The notes beneath the pieces are model-generated. The model was not told where the DNA came from, did no database searches, and saw only the letters and a program-made list of their open reading frames with translations. Both the position numbers and the translations under genes were made by a program. A stretch of DNA of 64,000 bases from Candidatus Hydrogenedentota bacterium (GTDB lineage Bacteria > Hydrogenedentota > Hydrogenedentia > Hydrogenedentales > SLHB01), in NCBI GenBank assembly GCA_963668025.2, contig CAXXTH010000017.1, forward strand, positions 544,001 through 608,000, written 5' to 3'. Each line of letters starts with the position of its first letter. Positions within the stretch are counted from its first letter, which is position 1. Positions 49,801-59,579 of the stretch are shown piece after piece.

Positions 49801-51428
49801 ATAGTCGTCACGAGCGACATGACAATCTCTTCGCGAATCGGGTCGATGGGCGGATTGGTCACCTGCGCGAAGAGCTGTTTGAAATAATTGAACAGCAACT
49901 GCGGGCGCTCGGACAACACCGCCAGCGGTGTATCGTTGCCCATCGAGCCCACGGGCTCATGGGCGTCGCGCGCCATGGGGGCCAGCAGGATCTCGTGGTC
50001 TTCCTGGGTATAGCCGAAGATTTGCTCCCGCTCGATGAGCGGGGCTTCCTTTGCGGGCCAGCCTTTGCGCGGGCAGCTATCGGGAAGCGTGAAGCGATGC
50101 ATATCCAGCCACAGGCGGTAGGGCCGCATGAGCGACAAGCGGTTCTTGATTTCGTCGTCGCCCACGATGCGGTGCTCCTCGGTGTCGATAAGGAACATGC
50201 GCCCGGGCTCGAGCCGCCCTTTCTGGACAATCTTCTCTTGCGGGATATCCAGCACGCCCACCTCGGACGCCATTACCACGAAATCATCGTCCGTGACCCA
50301 ATACCGCGAGGGGCGCAAGCCGTTGCGGTCGAGCACCGCGCCGATGCGCACGCCGTCGGTGAAGGCCATCGAAGCCGGGCCGTCCCAAGGTTCTTGCAGG
50401 CATGCATGGTATTCATAAAACGCCTTCTTCCCGGGCGGCATGCTTTCATGCTTGGCCCAAGGTTCGGGGATCATCATCATCATGGCGTGGGCCATCGAGC
50501 GGCCGCCATGCACGAGCAGCTCGAAGGCGTTGTCAAAAATGGCCGAATCGCTTCCCGTTTCATCTAGTACGGGCAGCAGGTCATGCACATACCCCCCAAA
50601 AAAGGGGCTGGCTAAATGGCGCTCGCGTGAACGCATCATATTGATATTGCCGCGCAAGGTATTGATTTCACCATTATGCGCCAGGAACCGAAACGGCTGG
50701 GCCAGGGGCCATGCCGGCAACGTATTCGTACTATACCGCTGATGGACCAGGGCAAGCTGGCTCTCGAAGCGCGAATCGCTCAAGTCTTCATAATACCGAG
50801 CCATTTGAGTGGCCAGCATGAGGCCTTTGTAACAAATCGTTCTGGCGGATAGCGTCGCGAAATAAAAACAGCTTCGGGATGGAATATCCGTCTGCGCCAC
50901 GGCGCGCTCGATGCACTTCCGGATCACGAATAGCATCCGCTCGAAACCGTCCACATCCAGCCCAACGCCACGACCGATAAACACCTGGTAAATGACCGGC
51001 TCATTCTTCCGCGCCAGCCATCCCAGCGCATCCGAATTACGCGGCACTTCCCGCCAGCCTAGAAAATGCTGATGCTTATCTATGATGGCCTTCTCGGCGA
51101 TTGCCATGCACTTCTTCCGATCTTTCGCGTCCGAAGGCAGAAAAATCATCCCCACGCCATATTCGCCCTTGCCCGGCAAATCAAACTTCAACTCCCCCGA
51201 AATCTCCTGGAAAAACCGGTGGGGTATTTGCATCATAATGCCCGCGCCGTCGCCCGTCTCGGGGTCGCAGCCGCATGCGCCTCGGTGTTCGAGATTCTCG
51301 AGCACTTGAATGCCCTGCTCGATAATCTGGTGGGTCGGGCCGCCTTTCAGGTTGGCCACGAAGCCTACCCCGCATGCATCATGCTCATAAAAGGGGTCAT
51401 ACATCCCGTGTGGTTCTGGGTAATTCAT
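46896..51428 (-). CDS. gltB: Glutamate synthase large subunit
   Basis: HDACGVGF, HQRYSTNT, HNGEINT, QVASGRFGV, GAKPGEGGQLPG, CIMMRKCHLNTCPVG. Confidence 0.98.
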   Translation of the reverse strand: MNYPEPHGMYDPFYEHDACGVGFVANLKGGPTHQIIEQGIQVLENLEHRGACGCDPETGDGAGIMMQIPHRFFQEISGELKFDLPGKGEYGVGMIFLPSDAKDRKKCMAIAEKAIIDKHQHFLGWREVPRNSDALGWLARKNEPVIYQVFIGRGVGLDVDGFERMLFVIRKCIERAVAQTDIPSRSCFYFATLSARTICYKGLMLATQMARYYEDLSDSRFESQLALVHQRYSTNTLPAWPLAQPFRFLAHNGEINTLRGNINMMRSRERHLASPFFGGYVHDLLPVLDETGSDSAIFDNAFELLVHGGRSMAHAMMMMIPEPWAKHESMPPGKKAFYEYHACLQEPWDGPASMAFTDGVRIGAVLDRNGLRPSRYWVTDDDFVVMASEVGVLDIPQEKIVQKGRLEPGRMFLIDTEEHRIVGDDEIKNRLSLMRPYRLWLDMHRFTLPDSCPRKGWPAKEAPLIEREQIFGYTQEDHEILLAPMARDAHEPVGSMGNDTPLAVLSERPQLLFNYFKQLFAQVTNPPIDPIREEIVMSLVTTIGSEGNLLDETPEHCQQLFLHSPILTNEQLDYIKQLDKPGLKAAEISILFPAMEGPGALDKALDRVCAEVTDAVSNGATLLILSDRGVNELMAPIPSLMATGAVHQHLVRTQRRSECGLIVESGEPREVMHFALLAGYGAGAVNPYMAFEILDELVLKGAVPGSDFAKAQANFAKSIEKGLLKTMSKIGISTLHSYRSAQIFEAIGLSSALVARCFTGTASRIEGIDIADVARETLMRHAIAYPKTHARSRELDPGGIYRWRPRGEYHQVNPETIASIQHAVQKNNREKYREFSSIVNDRNRQLATLRGLLKFKTGDAVPLDEVEPAKDIVRRFCTGAMSFGSISKEAHENLAIAMNRLGGRSNTGEGGEDPRRFTPAPNGDSRRSAIKQVASGRFGVTNEYLVNADELQIKMAQGAKPGEGGQLPGHKVFQEIATVRYSTPGVELISPPPHHDIYSIEDLAQLIHDLKNANIHANVSVKLVSEVGVGTVAAGVSKGKADLVLVSGDAGGTGASPLSSIKHAGIPWELGLSETQQVLVQNDLRDRIRVQTDGQMKTGRDVAIAFLLGADEVGFATMPLIASGCIMMRKCHLNTCPVGIATQDPELRKKFNGKPEYVINFFFFVAEEVREIMAQLGFRTVNEMIGRVDMLEYDPLPTHWKSQKLDLTRILTKPEPWEGSTLYCSKKQEHGIEEALDFEIMKKAEPAIERQAPVRFRLNIRNIHRTVGAMLSSELTRRYKLGLYGGTLPEDLIWIDCKGAAGQSFGAFTIQGVTLCVEGEANDYIGKGLSGGKIIVRPSKDGGFSPEHNIIVGNVALYGATGGQAFFRGVAGERFCVRNSGAWAVVEGVGDHGCEYMTGGRAVILGKTGRNFAAGMSGGIAFVYDEDGSLASKCNTGMVDLKPLHEKSIPELRDMLVRHVEYTDSAAARRILADYAESVEKFVRVMPRDYARVLKSQMQSEFERMTQIPH

Positions 51429-52099
51429 AGGAAATTCACCTTGCCTTTCAAACACATCCTCGAAAAGACCATTGGCTCACCGGCCCAATAAAAGATAGGA
51501 CGCCAGCCCGCAGGCCCTGTTCGCCTCGCCCCTTGCCCGCCGTCTTTGTACACCCTGCCCGCCATGCAGGTCTTTGGGTGCGCTGATGATTCATCAGCTC
51601 AAGATGCGGGAGCGAGAGAGGCGCGCGGCAGCGAACTCCACCTTAGGTGAACATCAATGCCGCTTTACAAACCGCACCACGGCGCCAGCCCAGCAATTGC
51701 CCAGCTTTGCTTCCATTTCTACAACATGTTGTAGTTTTAACGCCGCGAAAGACTTTGATCTGGTGGGTACCGCATACCGCGTGCCAAGTCTTTTTCGGGA
51801 TGCGCGCGCAAATGCGTCGCGCGCAAATGGGTGAATGATAAGAGCTTATACGGATTTATCTTCATGCGTGTCTTGTGTGCGGCTATAAAAAAACATACAT
51901 TTGCGTAGGAACATTTCCAAAATGTAGTACATTTACGTAGGACGTTATGCGCCCATGTTGTTCTTTCTCCTCGTCTTAATCTCACAAAAAAGCCATACAA
52001 TTTGTTCCTTTCTTACATAAGTTGTGTTAGACTAGTGAAGCGGCATATCACTTGCTTGGCCATGAGTACAGGCTTATGTGGTGAGGAAGGAGACAAAAC

Positions 52100-52363
52100 A
52101 TGCCTTCAGTAAACAATGAACTCGGTAAGTTATTGGAAGAAGTGGGCCAATTTGTCACCAAGCAGAAAGGGGCTTGGGAGCATGCCGACTGGGAGGCTTT
52201 TCTTGTAAAAGTCGAAAAGCTCGGATTCCATCTGACCGACGAGACCAAGCGCTTTGTAGGCAATTTACTGGAAGATTCAAAGCATCTTTTCCAGGTGTTG
52301 TCCACCAAAGCGGTTAAGCCGAAAGCTGCTCCAAAGAAAAAAGCCGCCGCTAAAAAAGCATAG
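52100..52363 (+). CDS. Small helical protein with a Lys/Ala-rich tail (possibly Mad10-like)
   Basis: AAGGAG RBS; FVTKQKGAWEHADW..F motif; KPKAAPKKKAAAKKA tail. Confidence 0.7.
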   Translation: MPSVNNELGKLLEEVGQFVTKQKGAWEHADWEAFLVKVEKLGFHLTDETKRFVGNLLEDSKHLFQVLSTKAVKPKAAPKKKAAAKKA

Positions 52364-52446
52364 TATTCTGTCGGTCTGCATCACAAGCAACGCGGATGCA
52401 TGGCTGCCGACAGTCATGCATCCATTGAGATGCGGATGGTCCTCGA

Positions 52447-53889
52447 TCAATTATCCGGGGAATGGCTGGTTGCGGCATCGGACATCTGGCGCCAGCGAAG
52501 TTCCGTTGCAGGTTGATAAATGGAAAGGTGGCGCCGTTTGAGGAATGCCAGCTCCCCAGGAAATCCGTAATCGACAAAAGGATTCCGAACACGCGGCGGC
52601 ACTTCATCGAGCCCTTGCACGATCATCCGCTGGACTTCGGAAGTGTATACTTTATGGTGCTCGTCAAGGTTGTAATACCCTTGCCTCGAGCTGAGCAAGG
52701 CGCACGCCGCCATGATCAACAATCCCAATCCGCCGATGCTTCTACGCCAGCGATGCGCCCATAACCAACCGTCTCCCATGGGCCTTTTCTGCAGCATCAA
52801 CGTAAATAAGAACACGATGCCTGTCCAGAACAAAATGGATATGGTGATATAACGCGGCGCATTGAAAACCTGCCAAATACCGCCGACTTCCGGGCGCGCG
52901 CGCGCCATGCCAGTCATAAGAGCGGAACCTACGGAAATGCACATCAAGGCCGTGAACGGGGCCAACGCCTCGGGCGGTACGCGCCGGGCGCGCCAGAGTC
53001 CGGCGTGCGCCCATGCGGCAAACAACAGCCCTATGGCGCCCGCTATTAACGCCGCCCATGGCCGGAAATAGGCGATTCCAGCTCCGATATACACAGCGGC
53101 ATACCCCGCGAGCACCACTGGATTGGCTTGGATAAGATGAGCAGGCGGGCGGACGACATCCTGGTTAAAATCCCAACAGTAGAACCCATACACGGCAAAC
53201 GCCCCAATCAGCCACAATACAAGATACGCCCAACAGCGAGGCGCGCCACGTCCATGCCGCATCGCCAGCACGATGAATGCGCCTCCCCAATATACGATGC
53301 CGATGCCAAAGGAATAAGTGGCGGCTACGCCGCATATAAATGCAATGCACACATGGCCCCAGCCTAGGGATTCCGATGAAAGCATCGCTAATCCAATATA
53401 GACGGCCAGCACGGCCATCCAAATCTGTATTTGCCAGCCCCATTCCCAATTCAGCCATTGGCTGAGCGAAAACATCAATATGGACAATACCGGCAAAGCC
53501 GCCCACGGAACGATGCCGCCCACGCGGCGCATCGAGCGAAACAACATAAAAACCGCCATCCCGAAAATGAGCGCACCCAATATAATATTGGCTCCCACGG
53601 GATACCGATGGTCCCAGTCCGTCCAGCGGATCAATGCGAGCAACACCGCCCGGGGCAGAAACAGCCGGTGGTTGTTGTGCAGACTATACAGCTCCTGCCA
53701 GGGAATAGTTCCGTTCCAGACCTTCTCTACAAGCGGAATAAACAGCCATTCATCGGAGTGAGGATAATTGATGTAATACCGGGAAGACGCCCAGAGAAGT
53801 GCCCCAAAAGGCAACGCACAGGCGAGAAGCCCCCCAAAAAAACGTATGCGGCTCCGCACCGTTGCTGGCAAATCCTGAATGATATACAT
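52447..53889 (-). CDS. Polytopic membrane protein, probable GT-C fold glycosyltransferase (paralog 1)
   Basis: First loop PHSDEW..HNNHRLFLP, about 12 TM helices, RY motif. Confidence 0.65.
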   Translation of the reverse strand: MYIIQDLPATVRSRIRFFGGLLACALPFGALLWASSRYYINYPHSDEWLFIPLVEKVWNGTIPWQELYSLHNNHRLFLPRAVLLALIRWTDWDHRYPVGANIILGALIFGMAVFMLFRSMRRVGGIVPWAALPVLSILMFSLSQWLNWEWGWQIQIWMAVLAVYIGLAMLSSESLGWGHVCIAFICGVAATYSFGIGIVYWGGAFIVLAMRHGRGAPRCWAYLVLWLIGAFAVYGFYCWDFNQDVVRPPAHLIQANPVVLAGYAAVYIGAGIAYFRPWAALIAGAIGLLFAAWAHAGLWRARRVPPEALAPFTALMCISVGSALMTGMARARPEVGGIWQVFNAPRYITISILFWTGIVFLFTLMLQKRPMGDGWLWAHRWRRSIGGLGLLIMAACALLSSRQGYYNLDEHHKVYTSEVQRMIVQGLDEVPPRVRNPFVDYGFPGELAFLKRRHLSIYQPATELRWRQMSDAATSHSPDN

Positions 53890-54015
53890 GCCGCTTCCCT
53901 TTTACTCCAAGTTATTCACCAAAAATCCATTGCGGAAGGCTTATATTTCTAGTGAGGCATCACCGCAACCAGAGATCCGGATTTAAACCACATTAATTAC
54001 ACCAAAATTGATAAC

Positions 54016-54037
54016 GTAGGGTGGGGCTTGCCCCACC
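54016..54037 (+). repeat. REP-like family A copy (forward)
   Basis: GTAGGGTGGGGCTTGCCCCACC. Confidence 0.7.
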
Positions 54038-54206
54038 AGTCAAAGGAAGAGTCAGCCAAAACATCTTAAAAACGCATACTATAACAAGTTGATTCAATTT
54101 GACTTACACAGAAAATCTTCGCAAGAAAATAAAATTTTGCTCGTTAGTAGTACACTACTATCTGCCGAAAATACGGTTTTCTTGCGAGGATTTCCCTGAA
54201 AAACCA

Positions 54207-54314
54207 TTGCATATCAAATCGTTAGGTCGAGATTATATAGGCGTATTCCTTGAGCGGTGGGGCATGCCCCACCCTGCAATTTTTAGTGTATTTAGTGGTC
54301 GCAAAATCCGCCTC
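54207..54314. repeat. ~105-bp family A repeat
   Basis: Matches 9963-10068; overlaps the 3' end of the HD-domain gene. Confidence 0.75.
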
Positions 54315-54885
54315 TTCTTTTTTCCATCCACTCCTTCGCCTCAAGCGCCCACGGGTGCGGATACATCAACATGTTGTTGTCGAATAGGTAATTGATATAT
54401 GCAAGAGACGCCGCTTCCAGAGAGTGCTGCAACTGCTCAAACACCCTGTCATAAAAGGGCGGCCGTCCATTTTGATCCCAGGACAATTTATCGGCGATAA
54501 ATAACGCCATATCATAATCCGAAGGCTGGGCTTTTAGCGTGGTATGGCACGCAATGGCGCACAGGATTCTCTCATCATCAATCTGAAAGCGCTCCTTGGC
54601 CATAACAGCGGCGACCCTCTGGTGCAACAAGAAGGGATATTTCAATTCCGCTTCATACAGTGTCCAGGCTCGCTTTTTCGCAAATTCCAGTTGTTCTGCT
54701 GGGCTTAGTATCGCGCTGATATCATGCAGCAGCGCCGAAATGATACAGCTTTCATTGTCCAAGCCATATTGAGCGGCTATGCGTTCACCTATTTTCGACA
54801 CCGCGAGCACATGCTCGTATGTTTTTATTTTGCCGTGTTGTTGAAGCATGTTTTCGATACCGGCTCGCAATTCTGGGCTCATCAT
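54292..54885 (-). CDS. yqeK: HD-domain hydrolase, YqeK-like (Ap4A hydrolase family)
   Basis: YEHVL, ALLHD, LLHQ, AIACHTT, FIADK. Confidence 0.75.
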   Translation of the reverse strand: MMSPELRAGIENMLQQHGKIKTYEHVLAVSKIGERIAAQYGLDNESCIISALLHDISAILSPAEQLEFAKKRAWTLYEAELKYPFLLHQRVAAVMAKERFQIDDERILCAIACHTTLKAQPSDYDMALFIADKLSWDQNGRPPFYDRVFEQLQHSLEAASLAYINYLFDNNMLMYPHPWALEAKEWMEKRRGGFCDH

Positions 54886-54926
54886 TTCCTATCCCTCAAC
54901 ATGTGTAAAGAAAGAGCTTATCCCCA

Positions 54927-56330
54927 TTACTTCCCGGATGCTTCCCGCCAGCGCTGTTCCGCATCCGGCCGAAAGATGGATAACTGCTGCTTCTTGATGA
55001 AGGCCAGTTCATTGGGAAATGTATAGGCGAAAGGATTCCGGACGCGCGGGGGAACCTCCGTGAGTTCCTGTACAATCATACGCCGCACTTCCGGCGTGTA
55101 GACTTTATAGTGTTCATCCATATTGAAATATCCTTGCCGGGAGCTGAGCAGGGCGCATGCCGCCACCATCATTAGCGCAACGCCGCCCAAACGCCTGCGC
55201 CACGGATGCGCCCACCCCCACCCAATGCCCAAAGGCTCTTTCTGCATCACCAGCGCCAACAAGAAAATGACACCCACCCAATACAGCGACGATATCGTAA
55301 AATAACGCGCATTGACGGCCTGCCATATGCCGCCCACGGCTGGCCTGGCCCGCGCCATGCCCGTAAGCGCCGCCGAAGCCGCGGCGATGCACATCAGCGC
55401 GGTGAATGGGGCGAGCGCGGACGCGGGCACGCGCCGCGCCCTCCACAGCCCAATATGCGCCCATATGCCAAATACGAGCCCCGCGAAACCCACGAGCGGC
55501 GCGGCCCATGGCCGGAAATAGGTGAGCCCCGCGCCAATATAAATCACCCCATACGCGGCAATCTTCAATGGATTGGCTTGTATGAGCCGGCTGGCGGATT
55601 GGGCCTCCGCCTGTTCGTATCCGTAAGCGTAGAGCCCATAGAGCACACAAGACGCGAGCGCCCACGCGAGCAAATACAGCCAGCGGCGCGGTTCACCGCG
55701 AAAATGCCGCATGGCCAGCGCCACGAATGCGCCCCCCCAGAACATCGCGCCAATAGCGAAAGAATAGGTAGCAGCGGCCCCAAACAAGAAAGCGAGCAGC
55801 AAATGCCATCCGCATAAACGCTCCACGGAAAGGACCGCCAGTCCAGCATACACCGCCAATACCGCCATCCAGATTTGTATCTGCCATCCCCATTCCCAGT
55901 TGGTCCACTGGCTGAGAGAAAACACCAGCAGCGATAACACGGGGAACGCCGCCCAAGGGCATGTCCCGCCCGCGCGCCGTGTCGAACGGGCCAGTAAAAA
56001 CGCGGCAAGCCCGAAAATACACGCGCCCAGCGCGATATTGGCAGCGACCGGATACCGATGGTCCCAATGCGTCCACCGGACCAGCCCCAGCAAAACCGCC
56101 TGAGGAAGAAATAGCCGGTGCCCATTATACGGCTGGTAGAATTCGGCCCACGGAATGGGGCCATTCCATGCCTGCTCGATCAAATGAATAAACGCCCATT
56201 CATCGGCATGGGGATAATTAAAATAATAGCGCGAGGACGCCCAAACGAGGGCCAGGAACGGAACCAGGCACGCCAAAACCGCCAAAATGAATCCCATACG
56301 GCCTTCCTGGGCGCGTTCTGGCTTCTTCAT
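54927..56330 (-). CDS. Polytopic membrane protein, probable GT-C glycosyltransferase (paralog 2)
   Basis: Extensive identity with 52447-53889 (WASSRYY, NWEWGWQIQIWMAVLAVY, SSRQGY, VPPRVRNPF). Confidence 0.65.
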   Translation of the reverse strand: MKKPERAQEGRMGFILAVLACLVPFLALVWASSRYYFNYPHADEWAFIHLIEQAWNGPIPWAEFYQPYNGHRLFLPQAVLLGLVRWTHWDHRYPVAANIALGACIFGLAAFLLARSTRRAGGTCPWAAFPVLSLLVFSLSQWTNWEWGWQIQIWMAVLAVYAGLAVLSVERLCGWHLLLAFLFGAAATYSFAIGAMFWGGAFVALAMRHFRGEPRRWLYLLAWALASCVLYGLYAYGYEQAEAQSASRLIQANPLKIAAYGVIYIGAGLTYFRPWAAPLVGFAGLVFGIWAHIGLWRARRVPASALAPFTALMCIAAASAALTGMARARPAVGGIWQAVNARYFTISSLYWVGVIFLLALVMQKEPLGIGWGWAHPWRRRLGGVALMMVAACALLSSRQGYFNMDEHYKVYTPEVRRMIVQELTEVPPRVRNPFAYTFPNELAFIKKQQLSIFRPDAEQRWREASGK

Positions 56331-56398
56331 ATGCCTCTCCTCTTTCATCGCACCACACGGCCGTTGCGATTTTTACGTGCGAGTTCAGTTCTTCGGGA

Positions 56399-59260
56399 TT
56401 ATCGTTGCGCACTGTCTATTTTTCGCAGGTGGGCCTGCAAGGTGGCATATAGGTCTTTCGATTGCACCGGCTTGACGATGCAGGCCGTGCAGCCAGCGGC
56501 AAGCCATTCTGGCACGCGTGATTGGTCGCTGGGCATAACCATGCCGATAATGGGCAATTGTGTGAACTCAGATGCGGCCCGCAAGGTGCGGACGGTGTCC
56601 ATCCCGTCCCGGCCCGATAAGCGAAGGCTGATCAAAATAAGCTGGGGGCGGCGAAGGGTGGCCATCTCGAGTGTTTCCGAGCTATCCCGGGCCGCCAGCA
56701 CTTCAAGCCCCAAAATCCGCAGCATGCTGTACAGCACTTTGAGATGGCTTTCATTTTCTTCCGCCACCAGCACCGTGCGCCCGATAAGGCCTTGCTGCAA
56801 CAACGAACCTGTCGTGCGCATGGCGGCGGAACGGCGGCTGCTCGTAAGGGCGCGGAACGGCACGGTGAACCAAAACGTGTTGCCGTGTTCTGGTTCGCTC
56901 TCGACGCCGATGCGCCCGCCTTGGAGCTCCACAAGCCGCCGGGCTAAAGCCAAGCCCGCGCCTGTTCCTTCCAAGTGGGCGTATCTCGATTCTTCCGAAC
57001 GGAAAAATGTTTCGTAGAGATTTGTCTTCAGGGCTTTGCTAATGCCTTCGCTTTTATCCGTGACGCTGATGCGGGCCTCTTCACCGCTGATTTTTTCCGC
57101 ATGTATAGTGATCTCGCTTCCGCTAGGCGCAAGTTTGATGGCGCTCAAGAGCAGTTCGCTCAAGACATGCCGGGTCCGGTGCGGATCGGCATATAAGGAA
57201 GGCAATTCAGGTTCAACATGAAGAGACAGCTTGATCTGCTTGTTTTTAATCTCGCCCGTAGCGTGGTCCACTGCATAATCTATGCATTCCTGCGCCGTAA
57301 AGAATGCCGGAGTGATATCGAGCCCCCCGGTGTCAATGCTCGCTAAATCCAGCAAATCATGGATAAGAGAAAGCAAATGCGCGCCAGCGCCCCCGATATG
57401 CTCGACATATTGCTGTTGTTTCTCGTTCAGCTCGCCATGATATTGCCGCGCCAACAAATTGGCGAATCCCAGAATGGCGTTCATCGGGGTGCGCAGTTCA
57501 TGAGACAAATGCCTCAAGAAAGCGTTCTGAAAATCCCGGGGACTGCTCTCAATGGCAGCCTCGGGCTGCCCTTCTGGTTCTGGCGCGGCTGCGTTCTCGG
57601 GGGAGGCTTCCGCACGTTCGAGGGCTTGGCGCAACGATGCCCGCGTTTCCTCGTGTTCAATGGCGGCGCTGGCCGATTCGGCGAATGCGCGCAACGCTGG
57701 CCCGTTCGATTCATCCCATGGCCCATTTTGCGCTTGGACTACATAAGCAAGAACCCCCGCCAGGCGTCCCTGTATCCGAACAGGCGATAATAACAAAATC
57801 GACGCATCATGCAGCGACAACATTTCGCGGACGGATGCGGGCAGCGCCCGCGCATCGCCTCGAATCGATTCGCCGTTTTGCAAGCGTTTCCGGGCCTCCG
57901 CGAGGGCCCCTGACCATGGCAGGCCGCCTGCATCTCCCGGCTCCGCCACGCCCCCGTTAGGCCACGCACACGCCACATGCGCGGCAGGCGCTTGTGCGCT
58001 GGGATTTGTTTCCCGTAAATAGACTATCCGTTCGAGCCCTACCGCACCGCCTAAAATGGGAAACGCCTCTTGCAGGCGGGATTCAATAGGTCCTGCGTGC
58101 TTTGCCAACAGCCCCACGGCTTCCGCCAAGCCGCGCAACGTCCGTTCGCGCGCATCAAGACTGTGGCGCAAAACCGTGCGCTCGGAAATATCCTGCACCC
58201 ATAACCAGGCGCACTTTCCTTCGCGGGGCGTTTCCACCGCCTGTATGGCCGTATCCAGCAGCCGCCATGCGCCACCGGAAACACGCCAGCGCAGTTCACG
58301 CTTGAAGGAAGCAGCGGGCTCCATGCGCACCTGCTCCAGCCCGTGGCGCAGCCGTTCCTGGTCGCCAGGATGGAGCCACTCTTCGACGTTCTTCGCGGAC
58401 AGCGCATCTTGTCCCACCCCGAGCAGCCGCAGGAATGCGGAATTGGCCAAACGGAATTCGCCTTGAGGAGTGAGCCAGGCTATCGCATGTGGCGCGTCCT
58501 GGATGGCAAGCAACAGGGATTCTTCGGCTGCTCCGTCTTGCACTGCTACAGGCTCTTCTTCAAGCACCGGTTCCGGAGATGGGATATGCTCGGGGGGCGG
58601 CGCGATTACAGGCGGAGGCACGGCAATGAACTCGAAAAACGCATACACTCCCCGGGGCGGCGCCAGGGCGGCCGTGACGAGAACACGTTCTGCGCCTGCG
58701 CCCGAACGGCTGGGCCACGCCAATTCGCGCTGCACAAGCTCCCTGCTGTGATATCCTTCCCGCAAGACCTCATCAAGCGCTTCATTAGCGGGATAGATTT
58801 CTTCCCGGCTTTTGCCAAGCTGATGGGCGGCTTTCCCCTCCAATATTTCCCGCGAAGCGCGATTGCATCCCACCAAGATAAACTGCCCGCCGCGCCGCTC
58901 CCATATAAGGGTGGGAACCGGCAAGGCCGCAAAAAAAGTGCGGAACCTATTAGGTTGTTCCCCTCGATTTTCTTCCCGTTCGCGGAGCAGGCTTTTCAAT
59001 AGAAATCCTACCGCACCCGCCGCCAGGCACGCGGCAAGGGTCCAAGCCAGGGAATTGGGCTCGGGAATCGCGGACCACCATCGTGAAATGGAATCGGGTG
59101 GAACAATGGGCGGCGATTCCTGGGCGAAAGCGCAGGACGCGCCGGCAACTATCGCCGTGAAAAAGATACAGGCTCCTCCCTGGCAGGCCAACACCATGAG
59201 CCGCCCGACAATCCCGCTGCGTGTTCTATTGCGATATAGCCGTTTCAACGATTCAACCAC
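56399..59260 (-). CDS. PAS/GAF hybrid sensor histidine kinase with receiver domain
   Basis: LSHELRTPMNAILGF, GAGLALAR, degenerate REC domain (AEEN, LISLRL). Confidence 0.85.
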   Translation of the reverse strand: MVESLKRLYRNRTRSGIVGRLMVLACQGGACIFFTAIVAGASCAFAQESPPIVPPDSISRWWSAIPEPNSLAWTLAACLAAGAVGFLLKSLLREREENRGEQPNRFRTFFAALPVPTLIWERRGGQFILVGCNRASREILEGKAAHQLGKSREEIYPANEALDEVLREGYHSRELVQRELAWPSRSGAGAERVLVTAALAPPRGVYAFFEFIAVPPPVIAPPPEHIPSPEPVLEEEPVAVQDGAAEESLLLAIQDAPHAIAWLTPQGEFRLANSAFLRLLGVGQDALSAKNVEEWLHPGDQERLRHGLEQVRMEPAASFKRELRWRVSGGAWRLLDTAIQAVETPREGKCAWLWVQDISERTVLRHSLDARERTLRGLAEAVGLLAKHAGPIESRLQEAFPILGGAVGLERIVYLRETNPSAQAPAAHVACAWPNGGVAEPGDAGGLPWSGALAEARKRLQNGESIRGDARALPASVREMLSLHDASILLLSPVRIQGRLAGVLAYVVQAQNGPWDESNGPALRAFAESASAAIEHEETRASLRQALERAEASPENAAAPEPEGQPEAAIESSPRDFQNAFLRHLSHELRTPMNAILGFANLLARQYHGELNEKQQQYVEHIGGAGAHLLSLIHDLLDLASIDTGGLDITPAFFTAQECIDYAVDHATGEIKNKQIKLSLHVEPELPSLYADPHRTRHVLSELLLSAIKLAPSGSEITIHAEKISGEEARISVTDKSEGISKALKTNLYETFFRSEESRYAHLEGTGAGLALARRLVELQGGRIGVESEPEHGNTFWFTVPFRALTSSRRSAAMRTTGSLLQQGLIGRTVLVAEENESHLKVLYSMLRILGLEVLAARDSSETLEMATLRRPQLILISLRLSGRDGMDTVRTLRAASEFTQLPIIGMVMPSDQSRVPEWLAAGCTACIVKPVQSKDLYATLQAHLRKIDSAQR

Positions 59261-59579
59261 ATCTCTGGCCTACGCATCAGCGTGCATGCATGTATCTTCG
59301 GCTGCGCCCGGTAGCTTTGCTGGGTCCATAACAGAAATCGCCCACTGGATGATAATCCGCGGAATCCCCCGTTCCCTTGTATAAAGCGGAATGGCTATCT
59401 AATGTTTCCACAACATTTTACCATATGTCTTCACGATTGGGAAAAGCATGGCGAGATATAGCCGTTCATGGCGAAAATAGCCTTTTCGGGCCGCCCCGCC
59501 GCGCATGGGCAAACTGCGCCTGCATTTCCTTTTAGAGGTGTGTATAATGCCCTCCTGTGCGCCCAATGGGGATTTTGAA

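Noticed and set aside
51430-51900. Riboswitch in the gltB leader
   Set aside because: No known aptamer consensus was recognised by eye; it would need an Rfam search.
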